From a virus (taxonomy: Duplodnaviria; Heunggongvirae; Uroviricota; Caudoviricetes): DNA of 11,161 nucleotides. Where the stretch lies: IMG/VR virus record IMGVR_UViG_2563366906_000002. One strand, given 5' to 3'. Below are positions 6,228 to 11,161 of this stretch, one piece after another. Position 1 is the stretch's first letter, and every line of letters begins with the position of its first letter. Below the pieces are notes generated by a model. The model ran no database searches, was not told the origin of the DNA, and worked only from the letters and a program-made list of their open reading frames with translations. Position numbers and translations under genes: made by a program.

Positions 6228-7082
6228 ATGGCAAAAAAAGTCTCAAAATTCTTTCGTATCGGCGTTGAGGGTGACACCTGTGACGGGCGTGTCATCAGTG
6301 CGCAAGATATTCAGGAAATGGCGGAAACCTTTGACCCGCGTGTCTATGGTTGCCGTATTAACCTGGAACATCTGCGAGGCATCCTGCCTGACGGCATTTT
6401 TAAACGTTATGGCGATGTGGTCGAACTGAAGGCCGAAAAGATTGACGATGATTCGGCGCTGAAAGGCAAATGGGCGCTGTTTGCGAAAATCACCCCGACC
6501 GATGACCTTATCGCGATGAACAAGGCCGCACAGAAGGTCTACACCTCAATGGAAATTCAGCCGAACTTTGCCAATACCGGCAAATGTTATCTGGTGGGTC
6601 TGGCCGTCACCGATGACCCGGCAAGCCTCGGCACGGAATACCTGGAATTCTGCCGCACGGCAAAACACAACCCCCTGAACCGCTTCAAATTAAGCCCTGA
6701 AAACCTGATTTCAGTGGCAACGCCTGTTGAGCTGGAATTTGAAGACCTGCCTGAAACCGTGTTCACCGCCCTGACCGAAAAGGTGAAATCCATTTTTGGC
6801 CGCAAACAGGCCAGCGATGACGCCCGTCTGAATGACGTGCATGAAGCGGTGACCGCTGTTGCTGAACATGTGCAGGAAAAGCTGAGCGCCACTGAGCAGC
6901 GCCTTGCTGAGATGGAAACCGCCTTTTCCGCACTTAAGCAGGATGTGACTGACAGGGCGGATGAAACCAGTCAGGCATTCACCCGCCTGAAAAACAGTCT
7001 CGACCACACCGAAAGTCTGACCCAGCAGCGCCGCAGCAAGGCCACCGGCGGTGGCGGTGACGCCCTGATGACGAACTGCTGA
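6228..7082 (+). CDS. O: Capsid scaffolding protein (P2 gpO-like)
   Basis: Internal ATG at 6228 (MAKKVSKFFRIGVEGDTCDGRV...) preceded by AGGA; gives 284 aa, the P2 gpO length. The ORF-track entry starting at 6162 is an upstream extension. Confidence 0.93.
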   Translation: MAKKVSKFFRIGVEGDTCDGRVISAQDIQEMAETFDPRVYGCRINLEHLRGILPDGIFKRYGDVVELKAEKIDDDSALKGKWALFAKITPTDDLIAMNKAAQKVYTSMEIQPNFANTGKCYLVGLAVTDDPASLGTEYLEFCRTAKHNPLNRFKLSPENLISVATPVELEFEDLPETVFTALTEKVKSIFGRKQASDDARLNDVHEAVTAVAEHVQEKLSATEQRLAEMETAFSALKQDVTDRADETSQAFTRLKNSLDHTESLTQQRRSKATGGGGDALMTNC

Positions 7083-7140
7083 CCGGCGTCAGTCAGTCCG
7101 GGAAAACCTTCACGATTAACCCTTAATTTCAGGAAAAACT

Positions 7141-8214
7141 ATGCGCCAGGAAACCCGCTTTAAATTTAATGCCTACCTGTCCCGTGTTGCCGAACTGAAC
7201 GGCATCGACGCCGGTGATGTGTCGAAAAAATTCACCGTTGAACCGTCGGTCACCCAGACCCTGATGAACACCATGCAGGAGTCCTCTGACTTTCTGACCC
7301 GCATCAACATTGTGCCGGTCAGCGAAATGAAAGGGGAAAAAATTGGTATTGGTGTCACCGGCTCCATCGCCAGCACCACCGACACCGCCGGTGGCACCGA
7401 GCGTCAGCCGAAGGACTTCTCGAAGCTGGCGTCAAACAAGTACGAATGCGACCAGATTAACTTCGATTTTTATATCCGCTACAAAACGCTGGACCTGTGG
7501 GCGCGTTATCAGGATTTCCAGCTCCGTGTCCGTAACGCCATTATCAAACGCCAGTCCCTTGATTTCATCATGGCCGGTTTTAACGGCGTGAAGCGTGCCG
7601 AAACCTCTGACCGCAGCAGCAATCCGATGCTGCAGGATGTGGCGGTCGGCTGGCTGCAGAAATACCGCAATGAAGCCCCGGCGCGCGTGATGAGCAAGGT
7701 CACTGACGAGGAAGGGCACACCACCTCTGAGGTCATCCGCGTGGGTAAGGGCGGTGATTATGCCAGCCTTGATGCACTGGTGATGGATGCGACCAACAAC
7801 CTGATTGAGCCGTGGTATCAGGAAGACCCTGACCTTGTGGTGATTGTGGGACGTCAGCTACTGGCGGACAAGTATTTTCCCATCGTCAACAAGGAGCAGG
7901 ACAACAGCGAAATGCTGGCCGCTGACGTCATCATCAGCCAGAAACGCATCGGCAACCTGCCAGCGGTACGCGTCCCGTACTTCCCGGCGGATGCGATGCT
8001 CATCACGAAGCTGGAAAACCTGTCCATCTACTACATGGATGACAGCCATCGCCGCGTGATTGTGGAAAACCCGAAACTCGACCGCGTGGAGAACTACGAG
8101 TCAATGAACATTGATTACGTGGTGGAAGACTACGCCGCCGGTTGCCTGGTGGAAAAAATTAAGGTCGGTGATTTCTCCACACCGGCCAGGGCGACCGCAG
8201 AGCCGGGAGCGTGA
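7141..8214 (+). CDS. N: Major capsid protein (P2 gpN-like)
   Basis: 357-aa ORF starting MRQETRFKFNAYLSRVAELNG..., recognised as P2 major capsid precursor N. Same length and position as in P2. Confidence 0.95.
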   Translation: MRQETRFKFNAYLSRVAELNGIDAGDVSKKFTVEPSVTQTLMNTMQESSDFLTRINIVPVSEMKGEKIGIGVTGSIASTTDTAGGTERQPKDFSKLASNKYECDQINFDFYIRYKTLDLWARYQDFQLRVRNAIIKRQSLDFIMAGFNGVKRAETSDRSSNPMLQDVAVGWLQKYRNEAPARVMSKVTDEEGHTTSEVIRVGKGGDYASLDALVMDATNNLIEPWYQEDPDLVVIVGRQLLADKYFPIVNKEQDNSEMLAADVIISQKRIGNLPAVRVPYFPADAMLITKLENLSIYYMDDSHRRVIVENPKLDRVENYESMNIDYVVEDYAAGCLVEKIKVGDFSTPARATAEPGA

Positions 8215-8217
8215 CCG

Positions 8218-8961
8218 ATGACGAGTCCCGCACAGCGCCACATGATGCGGGTCTCGGCAGCGATGACCGCGCAGCGGGAAGCCGCCCCGCTGCGACATGC
8301 AACTGTCTATGAGCAGATGCTGGTCAAGCTGGCCGCAGACCAGCGCACACTGAAAGCGATTTATTCAAAAGAGCTGAAGGCCGCGAAAAAACGCGAACTG
8401 CTGCCGTTCTGGTTGCCGTGGGTGAACGGCGTGCTGGAGCAGGGCAAAGGTGCACAGGATGACATTCTGATGACGGTCATGCTGTGGCGTCTGGATACCG
8501 GCGATATTGCCGGTGCGCTGGAGATTGCCCGTTATGCCCTGAAGTACGGTCTGACCATGCCGGGTAAACACCGCCGCCCCCCGCCGTACATGTTCACCGA
8601 GGAGGTGGCGCTCGCGGCCATGCGTGCTCACGCTGCCGGTGAGTCTGTGGATACCCGCCTGCTGACGGAGACCATTGAACTGACCGCCACGGCTGACATG
8701 CCTGATGAAGTGCGCGCAAAGCTGCACAAAATCACCGGTCTGTTTCTGCGTGACGCTGGTGATGCCGCCGGTGCGCTGGCTCACCTGCAACGTGCGACAC
8801 AGCTCGACTGTCAGGCAGGCGTCAAAAAAGAGATTGAACGACTGGAGCGGGAGCTGAAACCGAAGCCGGAGCCGCAGCCAAAAGCGGCCACCCGTACCCC
8901 GCGTAAGACCCGGAGCGTGACACCGGCAAAACGTGGACGCCCGAAAAAGAAAGCCAGTTAA
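8218..8961 (+). CDS. M: Terminase small (endonuclease) subunit (P2 gpM-like)
   Basis: 247-aa ORF 3 nt after the N stop. Position and length match P2 gpM; basic Pro/Lys-rich C-terminal tail. Confidence 0.92.
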   Translation: MTSPAQRHMMRVSAAMTAQREAAPLRHATVYEQMLVKLAADQRTLKAIYSKELKAAKKRELLPFWLPWVNGVLEQGKGAQDDILMTVMLWRLDTGDIAGALEIARYALKYGLTMPGKHRRPPPYMFTEEVALAAMRAHAAGESVDTRLLTETIELTATADMPDEVRAKLHKITGLFLRDAGDAAGALAHLQRATQLDCQAGVKKEIERLERELKPKPEPQPKAATRTPRKTRSVTPAKRGRPKKKAS

Positions 8962-9060
8962 CAACCGAATGCGCCCCGCGCCAGGGCGGCACGCCGGTCA
9001 GTGAGGGTGAATTACCTGACATTGCACCGGCGTCCACCGCCCGACTTTTCAGAGGTAGTC

Positions 9061-9570
9061 ATGATGACGCTGATTATTCCGCGAAAGGAGGCTCCCGTGT
9101 CCGGTGAGGGTACGGTGGTCATCCCGCAACCGGCAGGCGACGAGCCGGTGATTAAAAACACGTTCTTTTTTCCCGATATCGACCCGAAGCGCGTCCGGGA
9201 ACGTATGCGCCTTGAGCAGACCGTCGCCCCCGCCCGTCTGCGTGAGGCCATCAAGTCAGGCATGGCGGAGACGAATGCGGAGCTGTACGAGTACCGCGAA
9301 CAGAAAATTGCCGCCGGTTTTACGCGTCTGGCGGACGTCCCGGCGGACGACATCGACGGTGAAAGCATCAAAGTTTTTTACTACGAGCGCGCCGTGTGTG
9401 CGATGGCGACCGCGTCGCTTTATGAGCGTTATCGCGGCGTGGATGCCAGTGCGAAAGGTGACAAGAAGGCTGACAGCATTGACAGCACCATTGATGAACT
9501 GTGGCGGGATATGCGCTGGGCGGTGGCGCGTATCCAGGACAAGCCGCGCTGCATCGTGAGTCAAATCTGA
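9061..9570 (+). CDS. L: Head completion/stabilisation protein (P2 gpL-like)
   Basis: ATG at 9061 (MMTLIIPRKEAPVSGEG...) preceded by GAGG; gives 169 aa, the P2 gpL length. The ORF-track entry from 9001 is an upstream extension. Confidence 0.9.
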   Translation: MMTLIIPRKEAPVSGEGTVVIPQPAGDEPVIKNTFFFPDIDPKRVRERMRLEQTVAPARLREAIKSGMAETNAELYEYREQKIAAGFTRLADVPADDIDGESIKVFYYERAVCAMATASLYERYRGVDASAKGDKKADSIDSTIDELWRDMRWAVARIQDKPRCIVSQI

Positions 9571-9773
9571 TGAAGACCTTTGCGCTACAGGGCGACACGC
9601 TCGACGCCATTTGTGTCCGGTATTACGGGCGCACTGAGGGCGTGGTTGAGACCGTGCTCGTCGCAAATCCGGGACTGGCTGAACTGGGTGCGGTGCTGCC
9701 ACACGGCACCGCCGTCGAACTGCCCGACGTTCAGACCGCGCCCGTGGCTGAAACTGTCAATCTGTGGGAGTAA
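9570..9773 (+). CDS. X: Tail protein X (P2 gpX-like)
   Basis: 67-aa protein MKTFALQGDTLDAICVRYYGRTEG... from the ATG at 9570, overlapping the L stop by 1 nt (TGATG). Length and position match P2 X. Confidence 0.9.
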   Translation: MKTFALQGDTLDAICVRYYGRTEGVVETVLVANPGLAELGAVLPHGTAVELPDVQTAPVAETVNLWE

Positions 9774-9776
9774 CGC

Positions 9777-10058
9777 ATGACAGCAGAAGAAAAAAGCGTC
9801 CTGTCGCTTTTCATGATTGGGGTGCTGATTGTTGTCGGCAAGGTGCTTGCCGGTGGTGAACCCATCACCCCGCGTCTGTTTATCGGGCGCATGTTGCTCG
9901 GTGGTTTTGTCTCGATGGTTGCCGGTGTTGTTCTGGTGCAGTTTCCTGACCTGTCACTGCCTGCGGTGTGCGGCATCGGCTCCATGCTGGGTATCGCCGG
10001 TTATCAGGTGATTGAGATTGCCATTCAGCGCCGCTTTAAGGGCAGGGGGAAACCGTAA
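9777..10058 (+). CDS. Y: Holin (P2 gpY-like)
   Basis: 93-aa hydrophobic protein with several predicted transmembrane segments and a charged C-terminus (RRFKGRGKP), located immediately upstream of the endolysin gene. Length matches P2 Y. Confidence 0.9.
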   Translation: MTAEEKSVLSLFMIGVLIVVGKVLAGGEPITPRLFIGRMLLGGFVSMVAGVVLVQFPDLSLPAVCGIGSMLGIAGYQVIEIAIQRRFKGRGKP

Positions 10059-10555
10059 TGCCGGTAATTAACACGCATCAGAATATCGCCGCCTTTCTCG
10101 ACATGCTGGCCGTGTCCGAAGGGACGGCGAATCATCCGCTGACGAAAAACCGGGGCTATGACGTGATAGTCACCGGACTGGACGGAAAGCCGGAAATCTT
10201 CACCGACTACAGTGACCACCCGTTCGCACATGGCCGACCGGCGAAGGTGTTTAACCGTCGCGGTGAAAAATCCACGGCCTCCGGTCGCTATCAGCAGCTT
10301 TACCTGTTCTGGCCGCACTACCGCAAACAGCTTGCCCTGCCGGATTTCAGTCCGTTGTCACAGGACAGACTTGCCATTCAGTTGATCCGCGAACGCGGTG
10401 CACTGGATGACATCCGGGCGGGACGCATTGAGCGCGCCATTTCACGCTGTCGCAATATCTGGGCGTCCCTGCCGGGTGCCGGTTACGGTCAGCGTGAGCA
10501 TTCACTGGAAAAACTGGTCACCGTCTGGCGTACCGCTGGCGGCGTACCGGCTTAA
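10058..10555 (+). CDS. K: Endolysin, phage lysozyme family (P2 gpK-like)
   Basis: 165-aa ORF whose ATG overlaps the Y stop (TAATG). N-terminus MPVINTHQNIAAFLDMLAVSEGT... is typical of phage lysozyme-like endolysins. Length matches P2 K. Confidence 0.92.
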   Translation: MPVINTHQNIAAFLDMLAVSEGTANHPLTKNRGYDVIVTGLDGKPEIFTDYSDHPFAHGRPAKVFNRRGEKSTASGRYQQLYLFWPHYRKQLALPDFSPLSQDRLAIQLIRERGALDDIRAGRIERAISRCRNIWASLPGAGYGQREHSLEKLVTVWRTAGGVPA

Positions 10556-10569
10556 ACGGAGTAAACACC

Positions 10570-10995
10570 ATGAAGAAATTATCCCTTTCACTGATGCTGC
10601 ACGTGTCGCTGGCGCTGATGCTGGCACTGTCCCTGATTTACCCGCAGAGCGTGGCTGTCAGTTTTGTCGCTGCCTGGGCAATTCTGGCGACGGTTATCTG
10701 TGTGGTTGCCGGTGGTGTCGGCGTGTATGCCACTGAGTATGTGCTGGAACGCTACGGGCGGGAGCTGCCGCCGGAATCGCTGGCCGTGAAGATTGTCACG
10801 GCGCTGTTTTTGCAGCCGGTGCCGTGGCGCAGGCGGTCAGTGGCTCTGGTAGTGATGGTGGCGACGTTTATCTCGCTGGTCGCTGCCGGGTGGATTTTTA
10901 CTGCGCTGATTTATCTTGTGGCGTCGCTGTTTTTCCGGCTGATACGTACGGCCTGCCGTCAGCGTTTTGAGGGGCGGGAACCATGTCAAAGCTGA
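10570..10995 (+). CDS. lysA: Lysis-timing membrane protein (P2 LysA-like)
   Basis: 141-aa protein with multiple hydrophobic helices, directly after the endolysin gene. Length and position match P2 lysA. Confidence 0.85.
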   Translation: MKKLSLSLMLHVSLALMLALSLIYPQSVAVSFVAAWAILATVICVVAGGVGVYATEYVLERYGRELPPESLAVKIVTALFLQPVPWRRRSVALVVMVATFISLVAAGWIFTALIYLVASLFFRLIRTACRQRFEGREPCQS

Positions 10996-11161
10996 TGACG
11001 GTGCTGGTTGTGTTGTTATCACTGGCGGTGCCGGGGCTGTTTCTGGTGAAGCATGAAAATGCCAGCCTGCGCACCTCACTGGACAGGGCGAACAGCGTCG
11101 CCAGCGGGCAGCAGACGACCATCACCATGCTGAAAAATCAGCTTCATGTTGCCCTCACCAG
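10983..11161 (+). CDS. lysB: Rz-like inner-membrane spanin (P2 LysB-like), 5' part only; runs off the window
   Basis: ATG at 10983 overlaps the lysA 3' end in another frame. N-terminal signal-anchor MSKLMTVLVVLLSLAVPGLFLV is followed by a polar, helical region. No stop codon before the window ends. Confidence 0.85.
   Translation, partial: MSKLMTVLVVLLSLAVPGLFLVKHENASLRTSLDRANSVASGQQTTITMLKNQLHVALT

Larger units (their letters stand above)
1..11161. mobile_element. P2-like temperate phage / prophage segment: cos-proximal cargo region plus packaging, head and lysis late genes
   Basis: Gene order, orientation and protein lengths from 3248 onward reproduce the P2 arrangement (Q and P leftward; O N M L X Y K lysA lysB rightward). 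A 19-nt match to the P2 cohesive end lies at 3072-3090. The first ~3 kb is compositionally distinct cargo. Confidence 0.9.

Noticed and set aside
6587-9985. Antisense and out-of-frame ORFs within O, N, M, L, X and Y (for example 8365-8964 -, 9256-9702 -, 9212-9559 +)
   Set aside because: Overlapped by conserved late genes whose lengths match P2 exactly. No independent start signals.
10398-11128. Out-of-frame and minus-strand ORFs across the K, lysA and lysB region (10398-10736 +, 10837-11079 -, 10898-11128 -)
   Set aside because: Alternative frames of the lysis genes. The embedded Rz1-like lysC expected inside lysB in P2 should start downstream of this window, and the short +1-frame ORF at ~11053 has no lipobox.
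1-11161. CRISPR arrays, tRNA/rRNA genes, attachment sites, IS elements or integrase
   Set aside because: No regularly spaced direct repeats, no tRNA-like cloverleaf candidates, no transposase- or integrase-like ORFs and no terminal inverted repeats were seen. The phage att site and integrase lie at the opposite end of a P2-type genome, outside this window.

Overview
This window is the cos-proximal end of a P2-like (Peduovirus-type) prophage or phage genome, most likely from an enterobacterial host. Positions ~3070-11161 are conserved P2 backbone: the cos cohesive-end sequence, the leftward P-Q operon (terminase ATPase subunit, portal), the divergent late-promoter region, and the rightward late operon O-N-M-L-X-Y-K-lysA-lysB (scaffold, major capsid, terminase small subunit, head completion, tail protein X, holin, endolysin, LysA, start of LysB). 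Predicted protein lengths match P2 exactly (Q 344, P 590, O 284, N 357, M 247, L 169, X 67, Y 93, K 165, LysA 141 aa). Positions ~140-2970 are a visibly AT-rich cargo island sitting between a terminator-like hairpin cluster and cos, which is the position occupied by the non-essential tin/old exclusion genes in P2. The island carries (i) a 315-aa protein whose N-terminus has the hallmarks of a TIR domain, fused to an unrecognised C-terminal domain, and (ii) a translationally coupled pair: a small putative lipoprotein followed by a 305-aa single-pass membrane protein I cannot assign to any family. I interpret the island as a candidate, possibly undescribed, phage-encoded anti-phage defence or superinfection-exclusion locus. 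Everything is from reading the sequence and from recalled P2 biology; no searches were run, and GC values are by-eye estimates.
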